A stretch of 64,000 nt of DNA from the NCBI GenBank assembly GCA_965208125.1, contig OZ242320.1:2976001-3040000 (forward strand), written 5' to 3'. Made by a program: the position numbers and the translations under genes. The notes under the pieces are model-generated. The model was not told where the DNA came from. It saw nothing but the letters and a program-made list of their open reading frames with translations, and did not search any database. Below are positions 49,116 through 58,494 of the stretch, piece after piece. Position 1 is the stretch's first letter; each line of letters opens with the position of its first letter. Source of the stretch: Candidatus Latescibacterota bacterium. Its GTDB lineage: Bacteria > Latescibacterota > UBA2968.

Positions 49116-49520
49116 ATGGCCCTTCAGCGACGCGAAAAATCTTCACCTGAAATCCCCACCGGATCTATGGCAGATATCGTGTTTTTGTTGCTGGTGTTTT
49201 TCCTCGTGACAACCACGATGAACCAGGATAAGGGTATTGGTATGCACTTACCGCCGGCAGGCGAGTCCAAGAAAATCCAGAAGAAAAATATTTGCAACGT
49301 CTGGGTCAATGTCAATGGGGATATTCTCATCAATTTGGAACAAAGTGTACCGTTGAATATGCTTCGAGCAGATATTGAGCAGCGATTGGCGCAAAATGAG
49401 AAGCTGATCGTTTCATTAAAGGCCGACGAAGAAACGCCCTATGAGAAATTTATCGATGTGCTCGACGAGATTAAATTATCAGGGGCAGACAAAATTTCGC
49501 TCGCCTCGCCCAGTGAGTGA
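49116..49520 (+). CDS. exbD: ExbD/TolR family protein
   Basis: SMADIVFLLLVFFLVTT. Confidence 0.9.
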   Translation: MALQRREKSSPEIPTGSMADIVFLLLVFFLVTTTMNQDKGIGMHLPPAGESKKIQKKNICNVWVNVNGDILINLEQSVPLNMLRADIEQRLAQNEKLIVSLKADEETPYEKFIDVLDEIKLSGADKISLASPSE

Positions 49521-49535
49521 GTTGAGGAGGTTTTC

Positions 49536-49943
49536 ATGAATTTTAAGAAAAAAGGTGGTGTCTCACACAGCATCCCAACCGGGTCTATGGCCGACATTAC
49601 TTTTTTGCTGCTCATTTTCTTTATGGTCTCTACGGTTTTTGTGCGCTACCGCGTGACGGGTATTATTATGCCCAAAGCCGAAAAAATTGAAGAGCTCAAG
49701 AAACGTCGTCACATCAACTATTTATGGGTTTCTGCTGATCGCAAGATATATATTGACGACAAGTTGGCGAATCTCGACCAGGTAGCCGGGATTTTTTATG
49801 ATCGCCGCGTCAAAGATCCCCGTATGGTTGTGTCACTCAAATGTGACTATCGCGCGCCTTATGGGTTGATCAGCAGAGTGATGGAAGAATTGCGCGAGGC
49901 CGATGCGTTGCGCATCAACTTTGCGACTAACCGAGAGGGGTAA
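49536..49943 (+). CDS. exbD: ExbD/TolR family protein (second copy)
   Basis: SMADITFLLLIFFMVST. Confidence 0.9.
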   Translation: MNFKKKGGVSHSIPTGSMADITFLLLIFFMVSTVFVRYRVTGIIMPKAEKIEELKKRRHINYLWVSADRKIYIDDKLANLDQVAGIFYDRRVKDPRMVVSLKCDYRAPYGLISRVMEELREADALRINFATNREG

Positions 49944-49946
49944 GCT

Positions 49947-50594
49947 ATGGCAATGATTCGGGGAAAAGCACCAGAAGCCGATTTGCGACGCACGTATAAT
50001 AAGGTCTTTGGATATTGTACGTTGATCACGTTTGTCCTGCATACCGCCGTGGCCGTGATTTTTCCAACTTTTGAAGCCTCTGCGAGTGATCGCAAGAAGA
50101 AACAGATCATTATTGAAAATGTAGATATTCCAGAAACCCAACAGATCAAGCGTCCGCCACCGCCGCCTCGACCGGCTGTGCCAATTGAGACAGAGAGCGA
50201 CGATGTGCCCGACGATGTGACTATTGAGAGTACAGATCTCGATTTTGACGATGCAATGGTCGATATGCCGCCGCCACCGCCGCCGGGTTCACAAGAGGAA
50301 GAAGAAGAGATCTTCGAGTTTTTCATGGTTGAACAAAAACCAAAAGTTATAAAGCAGGTAAATCCTAAATATCCGGAAATCGCCCGCAAAGCCGGGTTGA
50401 CTGGCAAAGTGTTTTTGAAGTTTTTGGTTGATAAGAGTGGTCGGGTAAGCAATGTGACCGTTCTCAGAGGTCAAGAAATTTTCCGGCAAGCAGCAATTGA
50501 TGCCGTTTTGCAATTCAGGTTTGAACCAGCCCAACAAAATGACAAGCCGGTTTCTGTTTGGATGACACAGCCGATGTCTTTCCGTCTGAATTGA
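49947..50594 (+). CDS. tonB: Energy transducer TonB
   Basis: N-terminal TM with His, poly-Pro linker, PKYPEIARKAGLTGKV..FEPAQQNDKPV. Confidence 0.92.
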   Translation: MAMIRGKAPEADLRRTYNKVFGYCTLITFVLHTAVAVIFPTFEASASDRKKKQIIIENVDIPETQQIKRPPPPPRPAVPIETESDDVPDDVTIESTDLDFDDAMVDMPPPPPPGSQEEEEEIFEFFMVEQKPKVIKQVNPKYPEIARKAGLTGKVFLKFLVDKSGRVSNVTVLRGQEIFRQAAIDAVLQFRFEPAQQNDKPVSVWMTQPMSFRLN

Positions 50595-50612
50595 GGTGGT
50601 AGTTTTATTATT

Positions 50613-50649
50613 AAAAGGCCATTGTGCAGGGCGTACAATGGCCTTTTTT
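50613..50649 (+). terminator. Intrinsic terminator after tonB
   Basis: AAAAGGCCATTGT...ACAATGGCCTTTTTT. Confidence 0.8.
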
Positions 50650-50757
50650 GTGTAAATATGTAAACAATACTTGACATATACGCCGAAATTTTACAATATA
50701 TATTGCCTAATCCGAATTTTAAGTCTATGTAAAGGTTCAAAATAGAGGAGATTTTCC

Positions 50758-51954
50758 ATGCATATGCGTTCCTTCTTTGCGATGCTTTCGTTGTCTGTGT
50801 TAGTGGTTGGTTCTGCCCTTGCACAGGGAGTAAGCCCCGAATCGGCTGAAAAGTATAATGCTGGACAGGAATTATTCAAGAAACGACAGTTTCAAAGAGC
50901 ACTCGTATCCTTTGAAGAGGCTGTAAAGCTCGATGCCAAAAACGCGCCGGCATATCGCGCGATGGGCACGACATATAAAAAGTTGCGCAATTACAAAAAG
51001 GCGATTGAAGCTTATCAAATGGCGACTTCAATTAAGTCTGATTACGCAGCCGCTTATTTTGAGATGGGCGAATTGCAATTTCAGACCAGAGACTATAAAG
51101 GTGCCCAGGCCAGCATACAAAAGGTGCTGGCGACGGATCCCAGCTTTGAAGCAGACAAAACGCGGGAGATATTGAAGAAAGCCTATCTTCAAGAGGGTAC
51201 CACGTTGTTCAAACGGCGCGATTTCAAGGGTGCAGCGGCTCAGTATGAAAGTGCTACGCAAGTCGATCCTTCGGATGCGACCGTATTTTTCAATTTGGGA
51301 TTGGCACATAGATATGCACGCAGTGTGAATGCCGCGCGCGAAGCATTTGAAACCGCCATTGAGTTGGATCCGAACTATGGCAAAGCTCATCGCAGTTTGG
51401 GCGATCTCTTCAGGGCGACGGGAAAAAATAGCAGTGCAGCAAGGGCGTACTTAAATGCGATTAAGGCTGACGCAAAAGATACGAGGTCTCGTCTGAATTT
51501 AGCAATAGTCTATCAGGCGATGAAGCAAAATAGCAAAGCAATTGCCGTGCTTACAAAAGCGGCACAGGTTGATCCCAAAGATGCAGATGTTCACACAGCA
51601 CTTGGCAAAGCCTACTCAGATGGCAGACAGTACACAAATGCTGTTGCTTCCTACAAAAGGGCACTGGGCATTAAGAATACAGCCGAGGCAAATTATCGGA
51701 TATCGGAGCCTTATTTTGGACTCAAGCAATATCAAAATGCCATCAGGCACGCCAATAGAGCTTTGTCTTCGTCTAAATGGAGAGTGCCCGCCAATGTCAT
51801 TCTGGGCGATTGTTATCGAGAGCTTGGTCAAAAAGAAAGAGCGATATCGCACTACAAAAAAGCGGTTGGGAATCGCCAATATAAGAAATACGCCGAAGAC
51901 CAGATTGATCGCATTCTCAATCCAATGGGCGGTGGAGAAGAAGAAGCACAGTAA
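50758..51954 (+). CDS. Exported multi-TPR protein
   Basis: Signal peptide ending ALA-Q; about ten TPR units. Confidence 0.9.
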   Translation: MHMRSFFAMLSLSVLVVGSALAQGVSPESAEKYNAGQELFKKRQFQRALVSFEEAVKLDAKNAPAYRAMGTTYKKLRNYKKAIEAYQMATSIKSDYAAAYFEMGELQFQTRDYKGAQASIQKVLATDPSFEADKTREILKKAYLQEGTTLFKRRDFKGAAAQYESATQVDPSDATVFFNLGLAHRYARSVNAAREAFETAIELDPNYGKAHRSLGDLFRATGKNSSAARAYLNAIKADAKDTRSRLNLAIVYQAMKQNSKAIAVLTKAAQVDPKDADVHTALGKAYSDGRQYTNAVASYKRALGIKNTAEANYRISEPYFGLKQYQNAIRHANRALSSSKWRVPANVILGDCYRELGQKERAISHYKKAVGNRQYKKYAEDQIDRILNPMGGGEEEAQ

Positions 51955-51981
51955 GCAGTGCAGTGCTTTGTGTTAAAAATG

Positions 51982-52010
51982 AAAAGGGACTCTTTTGAGT
52001 CCCTTTTTTT
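51982..52010 (+). terminator. Intrinsic terminator
   Basis: AAAAGGGACTC-TTTT-GAGTCCCTTTTTTT. Confidence 0.85.
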
Positions 52011-52029
52011 GTAGGAGAATCCTCTTTTT

Positions 52030-53181
52030 GTGAAAAAAGACACCTTTTTGTATATCAATGCCTTTTTAATGGATTGTTGTTTTGCCATTGTGGGCGTTTG
52101 CGTGCCATTGCACGCTCTGCAATTCGGTGCGACTTATGACGATCTGGGGCACATCAATGCCTGGGGGGCATTGGCTTATACGCTGACCAGTCTCGTGTCG
52201 GGCCGTCTTGCAGATCGGATGGGTTATCGCCCGGTTATGACTATTGGGTGTGTTTTTCTCGCGCTGGCATTTGTGGGATATATCGGTGTCAATCGCATCT
52301 GGCACTTTGTTGTACTTTCTGTGCTTACGGCGATTGCCATTGCACATTATTGGCCCCCGATGCAAGCCTATCTTGGGCGTGGGAAATCGCGAGATATGCT
52401 GTTACCCGCGTTGGGGCGATTCAATGTGGCGTGGACATTGGGCGTGTGTATTGGTCCGGCCGCAGGTGGTGAGTTGTTTGAATTTCACCCTTTTAGCGGA
52501 TTTATTCTGGGTGGTTTTTTGGTCGTTTTGCTATTTGTCGGTTTGCTCGTTGTTCCGATTTTGGAATCGGAGCCTGATGCTGTAAATAGACGGCCGGTTG
52601 CCGCAACGTCGGGACATTTTTTACCGCTTGCTTTGCTGGCCAATTTTGCAACGTTTTTTGCTATTGGTCTTGTGCGTGCATTGTTTCCAAAGTTGGCGAC
52701 AGACCTCGACATTTCACCGAGTTTGCTGGGGTATTTGCTGGCGCTGATCGCTTTGACCCAACTTGCGGTTTTTTATTTCATGTCGCGGACGGATCGATGG
52801 CAATTTCGCCTGTCACCCATTGTTTTTGCTCAGCTTCTGGCCGCTTTGGGGCTCGGTTTGATCGGGATAGGTACAAAGCCGATTGTTTTTGCATGTGGTT
52901 TTTTGCTGTTGGGCGGGCTTATTGGCGTGACGTTTACGGCGAGTATTTTTTACAGTTTATACACCGAAGGTCCAGGAGGCCGTCGCACGGGGATTCACGA
53001 AGCGATTGTGGGGAGTGGATTTTTGTTTGGTCCCCTTCTCGGCGGTCTTGTCGCCGAGCATTTCAATGCGCGATTGCCCTATTTGATGGGTAGTATGGTT
53101 ATTCTGATGACGATTGGTATTCAGTTGTTTATCCATAAAATGAAAGCTCCCAGAGGGTTTGTGCCACAGGCGGGTGACTAA
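52030..53181 (+). CDS. MFS transporter
   Basis: About 12 TM segments; motif A GRLADRMGYR. Confidence 0.9.
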   Translation: MKKDTFLYINAFLMDCCFAIVGVCVPLHALQFGATYDDLGHINAWGALAYTLTSLVSGRLADRMGYRPVMTIGCVFLALAFVGYIGVNRIWHFVVLSVLTAIAIAHYWPPMQAYLGRGKSRDMLLPALGRFNVAWTLGVCIGPAAGGELFEFHPFSGFILGGFLVVLLFVGLLVVPILESEPDAVNRRPVAATSGHFLPLALLANFATFFAIGLVRALFPKLATDLDISPSLLGYLLALIALTQLAVFYFMSRTDRWQFRLSPIVFAQLLAALGLGLIGIGTKPIVFACGFLLLGGLIGVTFTASIFYSLYTEGPGGRRTGIHEAIVGSGFLFGPLLGGLVAEHFNARLPYLMGSMVILMTIGIQLFIHKMKAPRGFVPQAGD

Positions 53182-53201
53182 TTTCCAATCTTGTGTGGAG
53201 G

Positions 53202-53852
53202 ATGAATTTGAAAAAGCGTTTTAGTAAAGCCGAGAAAGCCGAAAGGATTGCCGAGATTTTGGACGAATTGTATCCCGATCCCGAAGGATCGCTGAGACAC
53301 GGGAGTGCTTATACTCTGCTGGTTGCGGTGTTGTTGTCGGCGCAGTGTACCGATGTGCGGGTCAATCAGGTGACGCCCGTTCTGTTTGCCCGGGCGGATA
53401 CGCCAGAGAAAATGATTGCGCTGTCGGTTGAGGAAATCGAAGGCATTATCCGTCCGTGCGGATTGGCGCCTCGCAAAGCGCAGGCGATTTTCGATTTGTC
53501 TCGTATTTTGCTGGATAAACACGATGGCGAGGTGCCCCAATCTTATGAAGATTTGGAAGCATTGCCCGGCGTGGGACACAAGACAGCGTCGGTGGTGATG
53601 GCTCAGGCTTTTGGCGTGCCAGCATTTCCCGTGGATACGCATATTCACCGTCTCGCCTATCGATGGGGATTGTCCAGTGGCAAAAATGTGGTGCAGACCG
53701 AGCGCGATTTGAAACGCATTTTTCCCGCAGAAATTTGGAATAAGCTGCATTTGCAGATTATCTTTTTTGGACGAGAATATTGCCCGGCGAGAGGCCATGA
53801 TCTCCATCAATGCCGCATTTGCAATGTGTATGGACGCAGGAGTTTGTTTTGA
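53202..53852 (+). CDS. nth: Endonuclease III
   Basis: LLSAQCTD, LPGVGHKTA, VDTHIHR; C-terminal Cys cluster. Confidence 0.95.
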   Translation: MNLKKRFSKAEKAERIAEILDELYPDPEGSLRHGSAYTLLVAVLLSAQCTDVRVNQVTPVLFARADTPEKMIALSVEEIEGIIRPCGLAPRKAQAIFDLSRILLDKHDGEVPQSYEDLEALPGVGHKTASVVMAQAFGVPAFPVDTHIHRLAYRWGLSSGKNVVQTERDLKRIFPAEIWNKLHLQIIFFGREYCPARGHDLHQCRICNVYGRRSLF

Positions 53853-53868
53853 GAGATTGGAGGTGGGA

Positions 53869-55008
53869 GTGAAGATTCGAGCGATTGATATTTCGGTGTT
53901 TGAGTTGCCCGCCAATACGGGTCGGTTTCGGATGGAACAAACTGGTCAGGGTGCCCGCAAGCGATGGGCAAAGCGGGGTACGGGTAAGTCGGCAGAGCAT
54001 ATACACGTTTTGCATGTGAAAACTGATGAAGGGATAGAAGGGGTATGTACGGTGGGGGATGCGCGGTACACGACGATGCGTCCTGAAGATCTGGAGCAAT
54101 TGCGGTTGCTAACGGTTGGCGAAGATCCATTTGATCGCGAACGGCTCGCTCAAAAATTACACAAAGCAACGCGTGGCATGTTCACGCGACCTGGATGGTT
54201 TGGTGCTTTTGACAATTGTTTGTGGGATATTGCAGGCAAGGTTGCAGAGCTGCCCGTTCACAGTCTAATTGGTCGTGCGCGGTCTCGTTGCGCGGCTTAT
54301 TACAATTTTAGAAGTGGTTCACAAGAGGAGGCCGCAGCCGATGCAAAAAGGGCAGTGGAAATGGGATTTCTGGCTGTAAAAGATCACTTTGGAGGTACGG
54401 CAGATGAAAATATCGCGTGTTTTCACGCGGTGCGCGATGCGGTGGGGGATGATGTCGATATTTTGCACGATGCCGCAGGGTGTGATTATACGTTGCACGA
54501 TGCGATTCGGGTGGGTAAGACTCTGGAGGCGTTGCGGTTTGGGTGGTTTGAAGAGCCTTTGGCAGATCGAGATCAAAAGAATTTGCAGCGTTTGTGCGCT
54601 GCGCTGGATATTCCCATTTTGGCGCCTGAGACTTTGATGCACGATGTGGATTTGAGCGCGCAATGGATTATTTCCGGGGCAACCGATGCCCTGCGCGCCA
54701 ATGCGCGGCTGGGTACGACAGCGACGTTGAAATTGGCACATTTGACTGAGATGCACGGCGCAAATATTGAATTTAATGGACCGGGTGGGTTGTTTGGGCT
54801 GGTGCATGCACATCTGGTTTGTGCCATATCGAATACGAGTTATTACGAGTTTTTCCCAGGCGGCTCCCGGGATGTGCGCGGTCGCGAGATTGGATTGCTC
54901 AATCCTCCCCTGCCCGAGAATGGTCATATTACGCCGCCCAATGATCCCGGATGGGGCGCCGAATGGGATTGGGAATTTTTTGAGAAGAAGCGGATTGGAG
55001 AGTTGTGA
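53869..55008 (+). CDS. Mandelate racemase/enolase superfamily protein
   Basis: VKTDEGIEG, DNCLWDIAGK, ILHD, WFEEP, P..PGWG; GTG start after GGAGG. Confidence 0.88.
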   Translation: MKIRAIDISVFELPANTGRFRMEQTGQGARKRWAKRGTGKSAEHIHVLHVKTDEGIEGVCTVGDARYTTMRPEDLEQLRLLTVGEDPFDRERLAQKLHKATRGMFTRPGWFGAFDNCLWDIAGKVAELPVHSLIGRARSRCAAYYNFRSGSQEEAAADAKRAVEMGFLAVKDHFGGTADENIACFHAVRDAVGDDVDILHDAAGCDYTLHDAIRVGKTLEALRFGWFEEPLADRDQKNLQRLCAALDIPILAPETLMHDVDLSAQWIISGATDALRANARLGTTATLKLAHLTEMHGANIEFNGPGGLFGLVHAHLVCAISNTSYYEFFPGGSRDVRGREIGLLNPPLPENGHITPPNDPGWGAEWDWEFFEKKRIGEL

Positions 55009-55032
55009 TACTGACAACTGAAAGGAGATTTT

Positions 55033-56277
55033 ATGGCTTCTGATAAACCAAATATTATTCTGATTCTGTCCGATGATTTGGGATATGAATGCCTGGGGTG
55101 TTATGGGGGTGAATCGTATCAAACGCCCGTGCTGGATGGTTTGAGTAAAGAGGGAATGCGTTTTGACCATGCGTATGTTCTGCCGTTGTGTACGCCTACG
55201 CGGTTACAGTTGATGACTGGTAAATACAATTTTCGCAACTGGCGAGCTTTTGGGGTGATGGATCCCCAGGAGCGCACCTTTGGGCATTTGATGAAAGCGG
55301 CTGGGTACAAAACGTGTATTTCGGGGAAATGGCAAATGTATAGCTATAATCCGCCGGATTTTGAACCCGAGTGGCGCGGTAAGGGGCAATTGGCGGAAGA
55401 TTCGGGTTTTGACGAGTATTGTTTGTGGCATACGGAACATACCGAGGATAAGGGGTCGCGGTATGCCGATCCGGTGATTCAACAAAATGGGGAGTATTTG
55501 GAGGAGACAGAGGGCAAGTACGGTCCAGATATTTATACGGCTTATATTTGCGATTATATCGAGCGGCACAGGGATGAGCCGTTTTTTGTTTATTATCCAA
55601 TGGCACTGACACACGGTCCGTTTGAACCCACGCCCCATAGTGAAATATGGTCTGAAAACCGACACGATAGCGGTGTGGAATATTTTAAAGATATGGTTGA
55701 GTATATGGATGTGGTGATTGGACGGATTGTAGATAAATTGGATGAACTCGATCTGAGAGAGAATACTTTGCTTTTGTTTATTGGCGATAATGGGTCGCCT
55801 CGTCAGGTGACTTCTATTATCAATGGTCGCGAGTTTCAGGGTGGAAAGGGCCTTTCGACTGATGCGGGTACGCGGGTGCCATTTGTTGCGAGTTGGCCGG
55901 GTACGATTCCCCCCGGGTCTGTGTGTGATGATTTGATCGATTGTAGCGATTTTGTACCGTTGATGATGGATATGGCTGGGGCTTCCTTGCCCGAGGACGA
56001 TGTGTTTGATGGGGTGTCATTTTTGCCGCAGTTAAAGGGCGAGGCGGGAACGCCACGCGAGTGGATTTTTGCCCATCACGATCCCCTGCCCGGATGGGGT
56101 AAGGAGGGTTATTACTTAAAGCGATGGGCACAGGATAAACGCTGGAAGCTCTACGATACGGGCGATTTGTACGATGTTGTAGCAGATGAGTTGGAAGAGC
56201 ATCCCATCGTCGATGGAGGTGCAGAAGCAGAGGCAGCGCGACAAAAATTACAGCCCGTGCTGGATCGGATGAAGTAG
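55033..56277 (+). CDS. Sulfatase
   Basis: PNIILILSDDLGY, CTPTR, GKWQ. Confidence 0.92.
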   Translation: MASDKPNIILILSDDLGYECLGCYGGESYQTPVLDGLSKEGMRFDHAYVLPLCTPTRLQLMTGKYNFRNWRAFGVMDPQERTFGHLMKAAGYKTCISGKWQMYSYNPPDFEPEWRGKGQLAEDSGFDEYCLWHTEHTEDKGSRYADPVIQQNGEYLEETEGKYGPDIYTAYICDYIERHRDEPFFVYYPMALTHGPFEPTPHSEIWSENRHDSGVEYFKDMVEYMDVVIGRIVDKLDELDLRENTLLLFIGDNGSPRQVTSIINGREFQGGKGLSTDAGTRVPFVASWPGTIPPGSVCDDLIDCSDFVPLMMDMAGASLPEDDVFDGVSFLPQLKGEAGTPREWIFAHHDPLPGWGKEGYYLKRWAQDKRWKLYDTGDLYDVVADELEEHPIVDGGAEAEAARQKLQPVLDRMK

Positions 56278-56398
56278 AAGATTTATTGCATGTTTTGTTC
56301 TGTGGAGGATGGCTATTTTGAACAGATCTTTCAACACCTGTCCGCTTTGATATGATGTATTTCATTTTATAACAATAGGTTATATCTCTAAGGGGTTC

Positions 56399-56413
56399 TG
56401 GCACGCTCCTTGC
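56399..56413 (+). promoter_or_regulatory. Sigma-54 promoter upstream of comM
   Basis: TGGCAC-GCTCC-TTGC, exact -24/-12 consensus, 50 nt before the ATG. Confidence 0.75.
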
Positions 56414-56463
56414 CTGATTCTATTGCTTCTTTCAGTTGGTTCCTTTCAGGCAAGGAGGTTTTG

Positions 56464-58002
56464 ATGACTTCGCGTGTGTTGAGTTGTGCAACGCTGGGTA
56501 TTGATGCGTATATCGTGCATATTGAGGCGGATATTTCGCGTCGGCTTCCCTCATTTTCAGTGGTGGGTTTGCCCGATAGTACGGTGAAGGAGAGCCGGGA
56601 TCGGGTGATGGCTGCGATTAAAAATTCCGGGCGAACATTCCCGAATAATCGGATTACGGTGAATTTGGCACCGGCAGATATCCGAAAGGAAGGCTCGGCA
56701 TTTGATTTGCCGATTGCGATAGGTATTATTGCCGCGATGGGCGATTCAATTTCACCCGAGAAGCTGTCGCAATATCTCATTTTGGGTGAGTTGGCTTTAG
56801 ATGGCACGGTGCGGCCCGTGCGCGGGGCGCTGTCAATGGCTGTGGAAGCCAAAAAGGCGGGTTTAAAAGGGTTGCTCGTTCCTGTGGAGAATGCGCGAGA
56901 GGCGGCGATTACAGGAGGATTAGATGTTTTGCCGGTGCGCGATTTGAGTGAGGCACTGGATTTTTTTGAGGGGTACTGCGATATTATGCCCTTTGAAATC
57001 AATAGCAAGGCGATTTTTCGGCAGGCGCAGATGCATCGGGTGGATTTTAAGGATGTGCGCGGGCAAGAGCATGCAAAGCGCGCGCTGGAGGTGGCGGCGG
57101 CAGGCGCGCATAACGCGATTCTCATGGGACCTCCCGGATCGGGCAAGACGATGCTCGCGAGAAGATTGCCGACCATTTTGCCCGATCTGACGCTGGATGA
57201 GGCCCTGCAGACGACAAAAATTCACTCGGTGGCGGGGTTGTTGCCGCCCGATACGGCACTGGTGGCGATAAGGCCGTTTCGCTCGCCGCATCACACGATT
57301 TCAGATGCGGGGTTGATCGGTGGCGGTCCCTATCCCCGGCCAGGAGAGGTGTCGCTGGCACATCACGGGGTGCTGTTTTTGGATGAGCTTCCCGAGTTTA
57401 AGAAACAGGTCCTGGAATCTCTTCGACAACCCATTGAGGACAGTTTTGTGACGATTGCACGCGCGGCGATATCGCTTTCGTATCCCGCGCAGTTTATGCT
57501 CGTTTGCGCTATGAATCCGTGTCCCTGCGGGTATTTGGGCGATCCACACCACGAGTGTATTTGCTCGCCTCCTGTGGTGCAGCGCTATGTCAATCGGATC
57601 TCGGGACCGTTGATGGATCGCATTGATATTCACGTAGAAGCCCCGGCTGTGCAGTATGAAGAACTGGTCAATGAACCCGCTGGCGAGTCTTCCGCAGAGG
57701 TTCGCAAGCGCGTGCAAGGCGCGCGGCAAATACAGTTGGAACGATTTGCGGATTATAGCGATTTGTTTAGCAACGCGCACATGGGGTCGCGAGAGATTCG
57801 GATGTTTTGCAAAATTGATGATAGGAGCGAGGAGTTGTTGCGGATGGCGATTACGCGATTGGGGCTGTCGGCACGGGCTTATGATCGCATTCTGAAGGCG
57901 AGCCGCACAATAGCAGACCTGGAGGGCGAAGAGGATATCCAATCGCGCCATGTTGCCGAGGCGATTCAATACCGTAGTCTGGATAGAAGGTTGTGGGAGT
58001 GA
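56464..58002 (+). CDS. comM: YifB/ComM Mg-chelatase-like AAA+ ATPase
   Basis: VNLAPADIRKEGSAFDLP, GPPGSGKTMLA, LFLDELPEF, AMNPCPCG; RBS AAGGAGG. Confidence 0.94.
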   Translation: MTSRVLSCATLGIDAYIVHIEADISRRLPSFSVVGLPDSTVKESRDRVMAAIKNSGRTFPNNRITVNLAPADIRKEGSAFDLPIAIGIIAAMGDSISPEKLSQYLILGELALDGTVRPVRGALSMAVEAKKAGLKGLLVPVENAREAAITGGLDVLPVRDLSEALDFFEGYCDIMPFEINSKAIFRQAQMHRVDFKDVRGQEHAKRALEVAAAGAHNAILMGPPGSGKTMLARRLPTILPDLTLDEALQTTKIHSVAGLLPPDTALVAIRPFRSPHHTISDAGLIGGGPYPRPGEVSLAHHGVLFLDELPEFKKQVLESLRQPIEDSFVTIARAAISLSYPAQFMLVCAMNPCPCGYLGDPHHECICSPPVVQRYVNRISGPLMDRIDIHVEAPAVQYEELVNEPAGESSAEVRKRVQGARQIQLERFADYSDLFSNAHMGSREIRMFCKIDDRSEELLRMAITRLGLSARAYDRILKASRTIADLEGEEDIQSRHVAEAIQYRSLDRRLWE

Positions 58003-58039
58003 TATCACAATTGTAAAACGATGTCCAGGACGGTATATT

Positions 58040-58081
58040 ATGACATTCCTCGAAACAGTTGAGCAGGAGTATCCAAAATGA
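58040..58081 (+). pseudogene. Internally deleted RelE/HigB toxin remnant
   Basis: MTFLETVEQEYPK*, which reads as a toxin-like start joined to a toxin-like end; ATGA overlap with the antitoxin. Confidence 0.6.
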
Positions 58082-58419
58082 AAAAAGAACTGTTTGATGA
58101 TTTACTCCAAAGTGTGCGTGAGGGGGGTGCTATTATGCGTGGTGAGATGGCACCGAGTCGCGTATTTGATTTTACGCCTTTGGATGTCAAAGCCATTCGC
58201 GAAAAGCTCAACAAGTCTCAACATGAATTTGCACTTATGATCGGTGTGAGTACGTCAACGCTACAAGATTGGGAAAAAGAACGTTGCATTCCTCAGGGGG
58301 CTGCCCGTGCAGTATTAAAAATTGCAGAAAAAAATCCTCAAGAGTTTGCCGAGATATTAGAGGCGTACAAAAAATCTCTGGCAGGGGATCTTCAGGTCTC
58401 GTCCAGTCAACAGGATTAA
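58078..58419 (+). CDS. HTH antitoxin (HigA/NadS-like)
   Basis: MKKELFDDLLQSVREGG..DVKAIREKL..SQHEFA..TLQDWE..PQGAARAVLKI. Confidence 0.88.
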   Translation: MKKELFDDLLQSVREGGAIMRGEMAPSRVFDFTPLDVKAIREKLNKSQHEFALMIGVSTSTLQDWEKERCIPQGAARAVLKIAEKNPQEFAEILEAYKKSLAGDLQVSSSQQD

Positions 58420-58448
58420 ATTCATCCTGAATTGGCGGATTTCAAAAC

Positions 58449-58484
58449 AAAAAGCGGAGCTTTGAAAGATGCTCCGCTTTTTTT
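58449..58484 (+). terminator. Intrinsic terminator
   Basis: AAAAAGCGGAGC...GCTCCGCTTTTTTT. Confidence 0.8.
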
Positions 58485-58494
58485 GGGTTACAAT

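Noticed and set aside
47108-51954. TonB system without an adjacent TonB-dependent receptor
   Set aside because: exbB-exbD-exbD-tonB with TPR neighbours is a common arrangement, and receptors are often encoded elsewhere.
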